From: Candidatus Firestoneibacteriota bacterium
GTDB taxonomy: Bacteria > Oederibacteriota > D2-FULL-39-29 > JBBTED01
Direction of reading: 5' to 3'
Length of the DNA: 64,000 bases
Assembly (NCBI GenBank): GCA_038042445.1
Contig: JBBTED010000002.1
Location: 1-64,000 of the forward strand
This document shows, piece by piece, positions 28,488 to 38,918 of this stretch. The notes below the pieces were generated by a model. The model ran no database searches and was not told where the DNA came from. It worked only from the letters and a program-made list of their open reading frames with translations. The first letter of the stretch is position 1; every line of letters begins with the position of its first letter. The position numbers and the translations under genes are program-made.

Positions 28488-29210
28488 CCTCTGGCGATAT
28501 GCTTCATACATTAAAATTCCTCCTGCAACCGAGACATTCAATGAAGAAACCCTTCCTACAATTGGAATTTTGACTAAATAATCACATTTTTCTTTTATAT
28601 GCTGTGTTAATCCTTTTTCTTCACTTCCCAAAACCAATGCAATAGGACCTTTTAAATCCACATCATAATAATTTTTTTCACCTTTTGCATCAGCTGCAAA
28701 AATTTTAAAACCATCTTCTTTTAAATGTTCAATTGTATAAGATATATTTGCAGCCTGTGTAACTGGAATATATTCTGCTGCACCTGCAGAAACCTTAATA
28801 ACAGCAGGTGTTATCCCAACACAACGATGTTTTCCAATTATAACACCATCTACGCCACAAGCATCAGCAGTTCTTAAAACTGCACCAAAATTATGAGGAT
28901 CCTGAAATTCATGTAAAATCAAAATGAATGGACTTTTATTTTTCTCCTTTGCATTTTGAATCAAATCATAAACATCTACATATTTTTGCTCTGGCACAAC
29001 CGCAACAACACTTTGATTATTAGCATTACTTGTAATATTATTTAGAAATTTTTTTGATACAAGATGAACAGGTATTCTCTGCAAATGCGCAAGATGTCTT
29101 ATTTCATCAAGAATTGCACCTTTTGCATCATGTGTTACAAAAATCTTCTCGATACTTCTGGATTTCGCTTTTAATGCCTCCGAAACCGACTGCCTTCCAA
29201 ATATATTCAT
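28464..29210 (-). CDS. rlmB: 23S rRNA Gm2251 methyltransferase
   Basis: QDPHNFGAVLRTA, LGSEEKG, SSLNVSVA; follows cysS. Confidence 0.93.
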   Translation of the reverse strand: MNIFGRQSVSEALKAKSRSIEKIFVTHDAKGAILDEIRHLAHLQRIPVHLVSKKFLNNITSNANNQSVVAVVPEQKYVDVYDLIQNAKEKNKSPFILILHEFQDPHNFGAVLRTADACGVDGVIIGKHRCVGITPAVIKVSAGAAEYIPVTQAANISYTIEHLKEDGFKIFAADAKGEKNYYDVDLKGPIALVLGSEEKGLTQHIKEKCDYLVKIPIVGRVSSLNVSVAGGILMYEAYRQRNLIPNPL

Positions 29211-29221
29211 AATTAATTTTA

Positions 29222-29254
29222 AATCTCCCCTAACCCCTCTTTTCCAAAGAGGGG
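29222..29254. repeat. C-rich hairpin repeat
   Basis: AATCTCCCCTAACCCCTCTTTTCCAAAGAGGGG; compensatory C-G pair in the stem relative to other copies. Confidence 0.8.
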
Positions 29255-29261
29255 AAATACA

Positions 29262-30680
29262 TTAAATTTTATAAATCGGTATGGTGCCTGCTGAGGTGTC
29301 TTCAATAATTACACCTAAATCTAATAATTTTTTGCGGACTTCATCTGCTCTTTGCCAATCTTTATTCAATCGCGACTTATTTCTTTCAGAAATTAGATCA
29401 AAAATATTGCTTGAGAATTTTACCTCTGTTGGACATATTCCAAAAAGTGTGGCAAATTTTTCTAATTCATTTTTTGTATTTAAAAGCGTTTTTTTTACTT
29501 CTGAAGTTAATTTAAAATCCTTTCGTGCAAGAAACATTTTTACTTCATTTGCAAGAGAAAATAAACTTCCTAATGCACTTGCAGTATTAAAATCATCATC
29601 CATTATTTCAATGAACTTACCCTGCAATCCTTCACAAGATTTTAGTAAATTAGAAAAATCTACAGAATTTTGTTCTGTAATTACTGACAAATCAGCTAAG
29701 AATCTAAGCCGAGAGATAGTATTATAGAATTCTCTATATCCTTCTTCACAAGATTTTATATTTTCTTCTGAAAAATCAATGGGGCTTCTATAATGTGCAG
29801 AAAGCAAGAAAAATCGCAGTACTTCTTGCTTGTATTTTTTTTTAATATCACACACTAAAAGAAAATTTCCTAATGATTTGGACATCTTTTCTCCACTAAT
29901 ATTAATATGGCCATTATGGACCCAGAAATTTACAAAGTGTTTTCCTGTTGATGCCTCACTTTGTGCGATTTCATTCTCATGATGTGGAAATATTAAATCA
30001 CAGCCACCACCATGAATATCAAAGTTTTCACCTAAATATTTCATCGACATCACAGAACATTCTATATGCCAGCCAGGCCTGCCTTTACCCCAAGGACTAT
30101 CCCAAAAAGGTTCGCCCGGCTTTGCTTTTTTCCATAATGCAAAATCAAGAGGGCTTTTCTTCCTTTCATCAACTTCAACCCTTGCCCCTGATAAAAGTTC
30201 ATCTAAAGATTGCTTCGAAAGCAACCCATAATTTTTAAATTTGGAAACCTCATAATATACGTCACCATCTATTACATAGGCATACCCCTTATCAAGTAAA
30301 ATTTGTATTGTCCGTATCATATCACTAATATGTTCAGTAGCCTTAGGATAGATATCTGCTTTTGCAATTCCAAGGAAATCACTATCTTCAAAATATGCAA
30401 TAGTATATTTTGAAGCAACTTCTGATGCAGACACTCCTTCTTCTTTTGCCCTGTTTATTATTTTATCATCTATATCCGTTATATTCTGAACATATTTTAT
30501 TTTAAACCCTCTAAACTGCAAATATCTTCTAATTACATCAAAAACAACAAAGTTTCTCGCATTACCTATATGAAAATATCCATAAACAGTAGGACCGCAA
30601 TTATATATTTTAATAACTCCGTCTTCAATAGGAGTAAATTCTTCTTTTTTTCTAGTAAGTGTATTATAAATTTTAATCAT
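29262..30680 (-). CDS. cysS: Cysteine--tRNA ligase
   Basis: CGPTVY, HIGN, GRPGWHIECS, FPHHENE, KMSKS. Confidence 0.98.
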   Translation of the reverse strand: MIKIYNTLTRKKEEFTPIEDGVIKIYNCGPTVYGYFHIGNARNFVVFDVIRRYLQFRGFKIKYVQNITDIDDKIINRAKEEGVSASEVASKYTIAYFEDSDFLGIAKADIYPKATEHISDMIRTIQILLDKGYAYVIDGDVYYEVSKFKNYGLLSKQSLDELLSGARVEVDERKKSPLDFALWKKAKPGEPFWDSPWGKGRPGWHIECSVMSMKYLGENFDIHGGGCDLIFPHHENEIAQSEASTGKHFVNFWVHNGHINISGEKMSKSLGNFLLVCDIKKKYKQEVLRFFLLSAHYRSPIDFSEENIKSCEEGYREFYNTISRLRFLADLSVITEQNSVDFSNLLKSCEGLQGKFIEIMDDDFNTASALGSLFSLANEVKMFLARKDFKLTSEVKKTLLNTKNELEKFATLFGICPTEVKFSSNIFDLISERNKSRLNKDWQRADEVRKKLLDLGVIIEDTSAGTIPIYKI

Positions 30681-30714
30681 TTATTTAAATTATTTATGAA
30701 AGCAGGATGTTTTA

Positions 30715-31356
30715 TTATTTATTTTTATTGCAAATGCTTCTATGCCAGGATTTTATATCTTCTTCCATTTTTGCTATCTCTTGATGTAAATTTTCAAGTC
30801 TATCTGAAAGTGGATCAGGTAAATTCACATGGTCTAAACTTATTTCAGATATTTTTTCTCCTTTATGTTTTACAATTCTTCCGGGAACTCCAACTACTGT
30901 AGAATCAGGTGGTGCTGAAATTAATACCACAGAATTTGCACCTATATAAACATTATCACCAATCGTTATATTTCCAAGCACCTTAGCGCCAACACCAACA
31001 ACTACATTATTTCCCAAAGTAGGATGTCTTTTCCCTTTTTCCTTTCCTGTTCCACCAAGTGTTACACCTTGAAATAATGTTACATTATCACCTATTTCAG
31101 TAGTTTCACCAATAACTACACCCATTCCATGATCTATAAAAAACCCTCTACCTATTTTTGCACCTGGATGTATTTCTATACCTGTTAAAAACCTGCTAAA
31201 TTGAGAAATAAATCTTGGCAAAAATGGAATTCCAAATTTCCAAAAAAAATGTGCAATCCTATGCGAAATTATCGCATAAAGACATGGATACAAAATCACT
31301 TCGCTTAACTTTGCAGCTGGATCTCTTTCCAATATCACTTTAATTTGATTTATCAT
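30715..31356 (-). CDS. cysE: Serine O-acetyltransferase
   Basis: [32 protein letters not shown]. Confidence 0.97.
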   Translation of the reverse strand: MINQIKVILERDPAAKLSEVILYPCLYAIISHRIAHFFWKFGIPFLPRFISQFSRFLTGIEIHPGAKIGRGFFIDHGMGVVIGETTEIGDNVTLFQGVTLGGTGKEKGKRHPTLGNNVVVGVGAKVLGNITIGDNVYIGANSVVLISAPPDSTVVGVPGRIVKHKGEKISEISLDHVNLPDPLSDRLENLHQEIAKMEEDIKSWHRSICNKNK

Positions 31357-31398
31357 AATTTAATTTTTAGTCCGCATACTCGGACAATTACAATAATA

Positions 31399-31419
31399 TG
31401 CCGATAAATCGGCAACTAC
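31399..31419. repeat. GTAG-type hairpin whose TAG is the gltX stop codon
   Basis: Minus strand GTAGTTGCCGATTTATCGGCA. Confidence 0.7.
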
Positions 31420-32840
31420 AATATATCATTTATACGAGAAATGCATTTATCTTGTCCTAAGATTTCTAAAATATAATGCAGTTCAGGACCATGGATTTTA
31501 CCTGTCAAAACACAACGAATCGGCATAAATATATCTTTACCTGATTTTCCAGTTGTCAATTTTAATTCAGAAATCAGTGTTTTAAACTCAGGCATTCCTT
31601 TTTTCAATATTTCAAGTAATGCTTTTAAAATTACTTTACATTCTTCTTTTGCTAAAATTTCTTCTGCCTCTTTTTCAAATTGTATTTCATCTTTTAAAAA
31701 TATATCAACATAGTTAACTACATCACTCATGCAAGTCAAATGCGTTCTAATAGCTTCTAATATATCTTTAAGTTTATTGAATAAATTCTCATCAATTATC
31801 TCCGACAAATATCCTGCATTTTTTAAATAAGGTATTGACTTATGTGTCAACTCATCAATACTTAGAGATTTTATATGATTTGAACCTATCCAAGCCAATT
31901 TATCCTCATCAAACACAGCAGGATTTTTTGCAACTTTTTCCAATGTAAATTCTTTTATAATTTCATCACGAGATAAAATTTCTCTATTACCTTCTGGCGC
32001 CCATCCCAACAGTGCAAGATAATTAAACAATGCATCAGGCAATACACCTTTATTTATGTAATGTGCTATTGAAGTAACTCCATGTCTTTTACTAAGTGGT
32101 GTCTTATCCTTCCCACAAATCATAGGCAAATGTGCAAATATAGGTGGTTTAGCATCTAATGCCTCATAAAGCAAAATCTGCCTTGGTGTATTTGAAAGAT
32201 GATCATCTCCTCTGATAATATGAGTTATTTTCATCAAAATATCATCTACAACCACTGAAAAATTATATGTTGGCATACCATCAGATCTCGCAATAACAAA
32301 ATCTCCAATTAATGCTGAATTAAACTCTACATCATCTCTTACTATATCATTAAATTTAATTATTTTAGGCGTAATTTTAAAACGCAAAACAGGTTTTTTG
32401 CCTTTTTCTTCTAATTTCTGCCTTTCTTCTTTGGTCAAATTTCTACAGGTTCCATCATATTTAGGAGTCTGTTTTTTCTGTAAAGCAATCCGTCTTTTTT
32501 CTTCTAATTCTTCTGCTGTGCAATAGCATTGATAGATTAGATTTTTATTCGAAAGTTTTTCTACCATTTCACGATAAATTCCAAGCCTCTCAGTTTGTCT
32601 ATAAGGCCCAAAACCACCACCTTTATCGTACCCCTCATCCCAATCTAACCCAAGCCATTTCAAAGAAGATGTTACAATATCTATTGCTTCTTCAGTTGAA
32701 CGCGCCAAATCTGTATCTTCAATTCTTAATATAAATGTACCATTGTTTTTTCGCGCAAAAAGCCAATTGAAAAGCGCAGTTCTTACATTCCCTATATGTA
32801 ACTCGCCTGTAGGACTTGGAGCAAATCTAACTCTTACCAT
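31416..32840 (-). CDS. gltX: Glutamate--tRNA ligase
   Basis: RFAPSPTGELHIGN, RIEDTD, IRGDDH, LSKR. Confidence 0.98.
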   Translation of the reverse strand: MVRVRFAPSPTGELHIGNVRTALFNWLFARKNNGTFILRIEDTDLARSTEEAIDIVTSSLKWLGLDWDEGYDKGGGFGPYRQTERLGIYREMVEKLSNKNLIYQCYCTAEELEEKRRIALQKKQTPKYDGTCRNLTKEERQKLEEKGKKPVLRFKITPKIIKFNDIVRDDVEFNSALIGDFVIARSDGMPTYNFSVVVDDILMKITHIIRGDDHLSNTPRQILLYEALDAKPPIFAHLPMICGKDKTPLSKRHGVTSIAHYINKGVLPDALFNYLALLGWAPEGNREILSRDEIIKEFTLEKVAKNPAVFDEDKLAWIGSNHIKSLSIDELTHKSIPYLKNAGYLSEIIDENLFNKLKDILEAIRTHLTCMSDVVNYVDIFLKDEIQFEKEAEEILAKEECKVILKALLEILKKGMPEFKTLISELKLTTGKSGKDIFMPIRCVLTGKIHGPELHYILEILGQDKCISRINDIL

Positions 32841-33907
32841 AGTTTTTTAAATGCCTGAGCAAATTTTTCGTTCTGCTCAAAAGTACCAATAGTAATTCTA
32901 ATTGTGGTTTCACCAATTTCTCTTATAATAATACCTTCCTGAAGCAATCTATTTGCAATCTCTTTTGCATTTCTTTTTAAATCTACAAAAATAAAATTTG
33001 CGGATGTTGGAACAAATTCAATATTTAACTCCTTAAATAAAGTATAAAGGTATTGTTTGCCTTCAGAATTAACCTTTATACTTTCAGCAATATGTTTACC
33101 ATCTTTAAGTGCAGATAATGCAGCAACCTGTGCTAATGAATTAACATTAAAAGGCTGTCTTACTTTATTCAAAACCTCAATAATTTCAGGTTTAGCAATT
33201 GCATATCCAACTCTTAAACCTGCCAACCCGTATATTTTAGAAAAAGTTCTCAGAATTATTACATTTTTCCCTTCTTCAACATACTTTAATGAATCAGGAT
33301 AATCCTCTCTATCCACATATTCTGCATAAGCTTCATCAAAAACAACTATTGTGTTATCTGAAATTTTTGCCAATAATTCATCTGTCTCTTTTTGAGTAAC
33401 CATTGTGCCTGTAGGATTATTTGGATTTGCAATAAAAATCATTTTAATATTTTTATCCAAATGACTTATAAAACTTTGAATATCATAAGAATTGTTTTTC
33501 ATAGGCACTTTAATCAAATTAGCATCCATTAATTGTGCAACCATTTCATATACAACAAATGTAAGTTCTGAAGTTAAAACTATATCACTCTTATTCAAAA
33601 ATGCCTCTGCAGCTAATACTATAAGTTCATTGGAACCATTACCAATTGCAAAATGATCCTGTGATACACCAATTTTTTTTGAAAGAGATAGTTTAAGTTC
33701 AAAGGCATTTCCTTCTGGATAACGATTGATATCTTGCAACACTTTTCGTATAGCATTTAGTGCCTTTGACGATGGACCAAGTGGATTCTCATTAGACGCT
33801 AATTTAATAACATCCTCTAAACCAAGCTCTCTTTTTACTTCGTCAATTGGCTTGCCCGGGATATACGGTTTAATTTTAACAATATTTTCTTTAGCAAGAT
33901 TAAACAT
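32834..33907 (-). CDS. hisC: Histidinol-phosphate aminotransferase
   Basis: KLASNENP, NPNNPTG, DEAY, RTFSKIYGLAGLRVGY. Confidence 0.96.
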   Translation of the reverse strand: MFNLAKENIVKIKPYIPGKPIDEVKRELGLEDVIKLASNENPLGPSSKALNAIRKVLQDINRYPEGNAFELKLSLSKKIGVSQDHFAIGNGSNELIVLAAEAFLNKSDIVLTSELTFVVYEMVAQLMDANLIKVPMKNNSYDIQSFISHLDKNIKMIFIANPNNPTGTMVTQKETDELLAKISDNTIVVFDEAYAEYVDREDYPDSLKYVEEGKNVIILRTFSKIYGLAGLRVGYAIAKPEIIEVLNKVRQPFNVNSLAQVAALSALKDGKHIAESIKVNSEGKQYLYTLFKELNIEFVPTSANFIFVDLKRNAKEIANRLLQEGIIIREIGETTIRITIGTFEQNEKFAQAFKKLW

Positions 33908-33928
33908 ATTTTTTACTCCTTACATAAT

Positions 33929-34990
33929 TTATTCACTTACAGGATAAGAACCTAATATTTTTAAAAATATACATTTTTTTTCAAGTTCTTTCAATGCTAA
34001 TTTTACATTTTGATCTTCAATATGTCCTAAAAAATCAATAAAGAAATAATACTCCCAGACTCTTTTTCGTGAAGGTCTGGACTCAATATTAGTCAGATTA
34101 ATTTTGTATTTTTCAAAAGGAACAAGCATTGAATGCAATGCACCAACTTTATCCTTTACCGAAAACATTATAGAAGTTTTATCTTTTCTGCTCTTTTTAG
34201 TATAATTCATACTAACAACTAAAAATCTTGTAAAATTATCAGAAATATCCTCTATGCCTTTTGCAAGAATATTTAAATTGTAAATTTTAGCAGCTAAAGC
34301 AGAAGCAATTGCTGCTCCCTTTGAGTCCTTTAGAGTCATTTTTGCAGCTTCTGCAGTTGTAGAAACTTCAACTAATTCAATATTAGGCAAATTATTATCT
34401 AACCATCTTCTTGATTGAGAAAAAGATTGGGAATTCCCATACACTTTTTTTATTTCCTTAATTGATTTTGCAGTACTTAATAAATTATGTGAAATTTTAA
34501 GCATTATTTCAGAACATATTTTTAATTCAGAATCCACAAATATATCCAGCGTATAATTTACAACACCTTCTGTAGAATTTTCTATTGGAACAACTCCATA
34601 ATCACATCTTTTTCTCTCAACTTCTATAAATATGTCTGATAAAGAAGAAATTGGTATATATTTAACTGATGAACCAAATCTCATCATTGCAGCAAGATGA
34701 GTATAAGTAGCTTCAGGTCCCCAGTATGCAATTTTTAAAGGTCTACCTACTGAACGTGACGCTGAAATTATCTCCTTGAATATTGAAATTACTGATTCAT
34801 TAGGAAACGGTCCTTTATTCATTTTACTTAATTTTTCAAATATTGTTTTTTCTCTTTGTGGAGAATAATAACTTTCTTTATTCTGTTCTTTTACCTTGTT
34901 AATTTTAAGTGCTACTTTAGCACGTTCATTTAATAATTTTAAAATTTCTGAATCCATACTGTCTATTTTTTTTCTTAATTTATCAATCAT
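33929..34990 (-). CDS. pheA: Chorismate mutase/prephenate dehydratase
   Basis: N-terminal CM domain (LRKKID), VPIENSTEG, NFTRF, IESRP, LGSYP. Confidence 0.97.
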   Translation of the reverse strand: MIDKLRKKIDSMDSEILKLLNERAKVALKINKVKEQNKESYYSPQREKTIFEKLSKMNKGPFPNESVISIFKEIISASRSVGRPLKIAYWGPEATYTHLAAMMRFGSSVKYIPISSLSDIFIEVERKRCDYGVVPIENSTEGVVNYTLDIFVDSELKICSEIMLKISHNLLSTAKSIKEIKKVYGNSQSFSQSRRWLDNNLPNIELVEVSTTAEAAKMTLKDSKGAAIASALAAKIYNLNILAKGIEDISDNFTRFLVVSMNYTKKSRKDKTSIMFSVKDKVGALHSMLVPFEKYKINLTNIESRPSRKRVWEYYFFIDFLGHIEDQNVKLALKELEKKCIFLKILGSYPVSE

Positions 34991-35005
34991 TTTTCATCAC
35001 CATTA

Positions 35006-35056
35006 ATAGGGGCAGGTTTACCTGCCCGTTTATTGGGCGAGTAAACTCGCCCCTAC
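35006..35056. repeat. GTAG-type REP doublet (second family)
   Basis: ATAGGGGCAGGTTTACCTGCCC...GGGCGAGTAAACTCGCCCCTAC; near-identical copy at 38854-38904. Confidence 0.85.
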
Positions 35057-35081
35057 CCCTACAAATACAATTTATTAATTC

Positions 35082-35870
35082 CTATCTCGTATCTGTAACT
35101 TGAATTACTTCAGTAAAAAAAGAATCTCCTAGTCTTTGATCTGTTCCACGTAATCGTTTAGACAAAGTTTTTACAAAAACCCATAATACCTTATTTGTAA
35201 GTATTGCATCAGATTGCATAAGTTTAATGAAATCATCTCTATAAACTGCAAGCAAAGTACTTGGCCTATTGGCTACAGCAGTTGCAGAACGCGGCGCATT
35301 ATCAATAAGTGCCATTTCTCCAAAAATTTCACCTTCACGAATTAATGCAAGTGTCTCAACACGCCCATCTCTAAAAGTCTTGGTGATTTTTATCGCACCT
35401 GAAACAACAATATATAATGCATTTCCAAGAAAACCTTCAGTAAATATCAATTTTCCTTCAGGGTAATTTTCTTGTTTGCTAAGCAATATAATTTGCTTTA
35501 ACTCTTCATCAGTAAGTGATCTAAAAGGTTGTATTCCTTTAAGAAAATAAATCTTTCTTACAAAAGTATCAATTTTATCTTTATCTGCATCATTAACAGG
35601 ATTAAACTCCAGTGCTATTATATTAGCATCCACTTCAACTCTGCATACTACACCTACCAATTCTCCAAAAACAAACCCATCATAAATTGTAAAAGCAAGA
35701 GATGCTTTTGTATTCATTTCAATTTTCTTATCACAATTTATTGCAATTCCACTTGCACTAATATTTACAATTTTGCCTTCGATTTGTTCTTTAGTATCAA
35801 TCATTAATATTTTTACAGGACCTTCAATTTTGATTCTCTTGTATTTCCTGCGTTCCTGTTGTAACATCAT
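35082..35870 (-). CDS. PilZ + cyclic-nucleotide-binding domain protein
   Basis: ERRKYKR (RxxxR) and NISASG (D/NxSxxG); FGEMALIDNAPRSATA cNMP cassette; start placed after a GGAGG SD. Confidence 0.88.
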   Translation of the reverse strand: MMLQQERRKYKRIKIEGPVKILMIDTKEQIEGKIVNISASGIAINCDKKIEMNTKASLAFTIYDGFVFGELVGVVCRVEVDANIIALEFNPVNDADKDKIDTFVRKIYFLKGIQPFRSLTDEELKQIILLSKQENYPEGKLIFTEGFLGNALYIVVSGAIKITKTFRDGRVETLALIREGEIFGEMALIDNAPRSATAVANRPSTLLAVYRDDFIKLMQSDAILTNKVLWVFVKTLSKRLRGTDQRLGDSFFTEVIQVTDTR

Positions 35871-36414
35871 TTTTATTTCCTCCTGCCAGAACATCAGATA
35901 ATTCTTCAATTCTGGGCAATTCTGTCAAATCTTTTAAACCGAAATATTGTAGAAATTCATTTGTTGTTCCATATAATAATGGCCTTCCAAGCCCCTCTTT
36001 CCTACCACGTATTTTTATTAAATTGCGCTCAAGCAAAGTCTGAAGCACTCCACCTACATTTACTCCACGCACACCCTCTATTTCAAGACGAGTTATTGGC
36101 TGTCTGTATGCAATTATTGATAATGTCTCAAGCGCCGGTTTTGAAAGACGCGGAATAATCTTGGATTTATAGAGTTTTTTTATCCAATCTGCATATTCAG
36201 AAATCGTAGAAACAATATATCCTTGTCCAATTTCCTGAATACGAAAGCTACGATTCTCTTTTGAATATTCCGCATTAAGTTCCTCTATTAAACCAATTAT
36301 ATCCTTCTTATTAACATCATCTTTTAAAATTTCCAGCATTTTTTCAGCAGACAATGGCTTATCGCTTACAAACAATAATGCCTCAATTACACCCTTTACT
36401 TTAATCATTTCCAT
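35824..36414 (-). CDS. scpB: SMC-Scp complex subunit ScpB
   Basis: IEALLFVS, LETLSIIAYRQPITR, GRPLLYGTT. Confidence 0.97.
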   Translation of the reverse strand: MEMIKVKGVIEALLFVSDKPLSAEKMLEILKDDVNKKDIIGLIEELNAEYSKENRSFRIQEIGQGYIVSTISEYADWIKKLYKSKIIPRLSKPALETLSIIAYRQPITRLEIEGVRGVNVGGVLQTLLERNLIKIRGRKEGLGRPLLYGTTNEFLQYFGLKDLTELPRIEELSDVLAGGNKNDVTTGTQEIQENQN

Positions 36415-36420
36415 AATTTT

Positions 36421-37119
36421 TTACTCTGTCCTAATAATTTGTATATCAGCAAAATTTTTAGACTGATATGCTTTTATTAATTTTAGCCTTACTAGTTCCA
36501 ATACAGCAAGAAAAGTTGCAATTATATGCAATTTATTCATAGTTTTATCAAATAATTCTGAAAAATTAATGTTTTTTGTAATTTCTAATTTATCAAGTAT
36601 TTCATTAATCTTTTGTGTAACTTTTATCTCTTCTCTCGTTATTTTAAGAACTTCTTCTTTCGGCAAATAGGCAATTATACCCTGAAATGCTTTTAATAAA
36701 TCAAATAAGGTGACTTCTACAAATTCTTCATCTCCATCTTTAACCTCATCAGGAATAAATCTATAAAAAACATCTCTTTGCTTATTTTCTAATTCTGAAA
36801 AATTAGAAGCTGCTTCTTTAAATTTTTGGTATTCAAGAAGTCTTCGAACAAGTTCTGCACGTGGATCTATTTCTTCACCTTCTTGGGTTTTCTCAACAGG
36901 CAAAAGCATTTTGGATTTTATATGTATAAGAGTAGCAGCCATTACTATAAATTCACCTGCAATATTCAAATCTAATATTTCCATCATTTGGATGTATTTT
37001 AAGTATTCTTCTGTTATCTTAGCAACTGGAATATCATAAATATTTACTTCATTCTCTTTTATAAGATGAAGCAAAAGGTCAAATGGGCCTTCAAATGCCG
37101 GTAATTTTACATTATACAT
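36421..37119 (-). CDS. scpA: Segregation/condensation protein A
   Basis: FEGPFDLLLHLI, KSKMLLP, FLAVLEL. Confidence 0.97.
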   Translation of the reverse strand: MYNVKLPAFEGPFDLLLHLIKENEVNIYDIPVAKITEEYLKYIQMMEILDLNIAGEFIVMAATLIHIKSKMLLPVEKTQEGEEIDPRAELVRRLLEYQKFKEAASNFSELENKQRDVFYRFIPDEVKDGDEEFVEVTLFDLLKAFQGIIAYLPKEEVLKITREEIKVTQKINEILDKLEITKNINFSELFDKTMNKLHIIATFLAVLELVRLKLIKAYQSKNFADIQIIRTE

Positions 37120-37123
37120 AATT

Positions 37124-38119
37124 TTATCTTAAACCTATTGCCTGTCGCACTTGGGTTAAAGTGCTTTGTGCAATATCTTTGGCTTTTTTAGAACCGTTTT
37201 CCAGAATTTCATAAATATTATTTTCATTTTGTAATAATTTTGTTCGTTTTTCCCTTATTGGCTCTAATACAGTATTTAGTTCCTTTCCCAAACTTTCTTT
37301 GCATATTGTACAACCCAATTTGCCACTCTTGCAATCTAAAGAAATTTGCTGAGTATTGTCAGAATTGTAAATCCCCTGATATAAAAATACTGGACATCCA
37401 TCCGGATGACCAATATCATCTCTTTTTATTTTCTTTGGATCAGTAAACATACTTTTTACTTTTTTAAGTGTCCCTTCTTCTGTATCTGAAAGGTAAATAG
37501 AATTATTATAGCTTTTACTCATTTTTCTTCCATCTATTCCTGGAAGTTTTGAAACTTCTGCTAACAAAGGCTCTGGTTCCGGAAATATTTTCCCATAGAA
37601 ATTATTAAATCTTCTACAGATTTCCCGTGACAATTCAAGATGAGGTATCTGATCCTGGCCAACTGGAACTTTTTGTGCTTTATAAATTATTATATCAGCA
37701 GTTTGAAGTACAGGATAACCCAAAAACCCATGAGTTGAAAGATCTTTATCTTTTATTTCTGATATCTGTTCTTTATAAGTAGGACATCTTTCAAGCCATG
37801 AAACAGGTGTCAACATTGACAATAACAAATACAACTCTGCATGTTCTATAACATCTGATTGTCTGAATATAACACTTTTTTCAGGTGACAATCCACAAGC
37901 GAGCCAATCTACTACCATTTGGAATGAATCTTCTTTTATTCTACTTGTATCCGCATATTCTGTAGTTAAAGCATGCCAGTCAGCAACCATATAAAAACAT
38001 TCGTATGTATCCTGTAAAGACGCCCACATTTTCAAAGCGCCTTCAAAATGCCCTATATGAAGTTTACCAGATGGCCTCATACCTGAAAAAACTCTTTGTT
38101 TGTTTGTAGATTTATTCAA
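37124..38119 (-). CDS. trpS: Tryptophan--tRNA ligase
   Basis: SGMRPSGKLHIGH, YPVLQTADI, VPVGQDQ, KMSKS. Confidence 0.98.
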   Translation of the reverse strand: MNKSTNKQRVFSGMRPSGKLHIGHFEGALKMWASLQDTYECFYMVADWHALTTEYADTSRIKEDSFQMVVDWLACGLSPEKSVIFRQSDVIEHAELYLLLSMLTPVSWLERCPTYKEQISEIKDKDLSTHGFLGYPVLQTADIIIYKAQKVPVGQDQIPHLELSREICRRFNNFYGKIFPEPEPLLAEVSKLPGIDGRKMSKSYNNSIYLSDTEEGTLKKVKSMFTDPKKIKRDDIGHPDGCPVFLYQGIYNSDNTQQISLDCKSGKLGCTICKESLGKELNTVLEPIREKRTKLLQNENNIYEILENGSKKAKDIAQSTLTQVRQAIGLR

Positions 38120-38781
38120 GAAAAAAACCCTCCAAATAGTCCTAAAAATAATGCCTTACCCATAAACAATTGTGTCAAAAAAAATAGAGGAGCACCCATT
38201 ATTACACCAACAGCACCTGTCATAATTAAAAGTATTAATATTATGAAACCATACGGCTCTATTCTTGACATCCACAAAGTCTTGTTATAAGGCAAAAGCC
38301 CCATTAGAATTTTTGAGCCATCCAAAGGTGGTATAGGTATTATGTTAAACATTGCAAGAGCACAATTTATCATAACACTAAATCCCAAAATTGAAATAAA
38401 GGGTGTAAATATCTGTGGAGGAATAGAATAATTTACCATAAACAAAATTCTTGCAAAAATAGCACTTATAACTGCAACTATAATATTAGCAGCTGGCCCT
38501 GCTATTGACACAAACACCATATCTCTTTTTGGATTTCTTAAATTGTTAAAATTTACAGGCACAGGTTTCGCCCAGCCAAAATGCACTAAAAGAAGCATAA
38601 TTGCTCCAATTGGATCAAGATGTGCAAGTGGATTCAATGTTAATCTCCCCATCATCTTTGCTGTTGGATCTCCACATCTATTTGCAACCCATCCATGTGC
38701 ATATTCATGTATAGTAATTGCCAACAAAATAGCTGGAAGAGTAACTGTTAATTCAATAATTTTCGCTGCAAGTTTTTCCAT
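38116..38781 (-). CDS. Site-2 protease family (M50) protein
   Basis: HEYAH, AGPAAN, FNIIPIPPLDG. Confidence 0.95.
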   Translation of the reverse strand: MEKLAAKIIELTVTLPAILLAITIHEYAHGWVANRCGDPTAKMMGRLTLNPLAHLDPIGAIMLLLVHFGWAKPVPVNFNNLRNPKRDMVFVSIAGPAANIIVAVISAIFARILFMVNYSIPPQIFTPFISILGFSVMINCALAMFNIIPIPPLDGSKILMGLLPYNKTLWMSRIEPYGFIILILLIMTGAVGVIMGAPLFFLTQLFMGKALFLGLFGGFFS

Positions 38782-38802
38782 AATTTTTTAACTATAAAAT
38801 AC

Positions 38803-38831
38803 ATATTAAGACAAAATTACGCTTATGTCAA
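38803..38831 (-). promoter_or_regulatory. Putative sigma70 promoter
   Basis: TTGACA-17 bp-TAATAT on the minus strand. Confidence 0.5.
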
Positions 38832-38853
38832 TTGCAATTCAGGTGAAGTTGAA

Positions 38854-38904
38854 GTAAAAGCAGATTTACCTGCCCATTTATTGGGCGAGTAAACTCGCCC
38901 CTAC
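38854..38904. repeat. GTAG-type REP doublet (second family)
   Basis: Relative of 35006-35056 with a decayed left arm. Confidence 0.85.
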
Positions 38905-38918
38905 TGTCTAAATTATTA

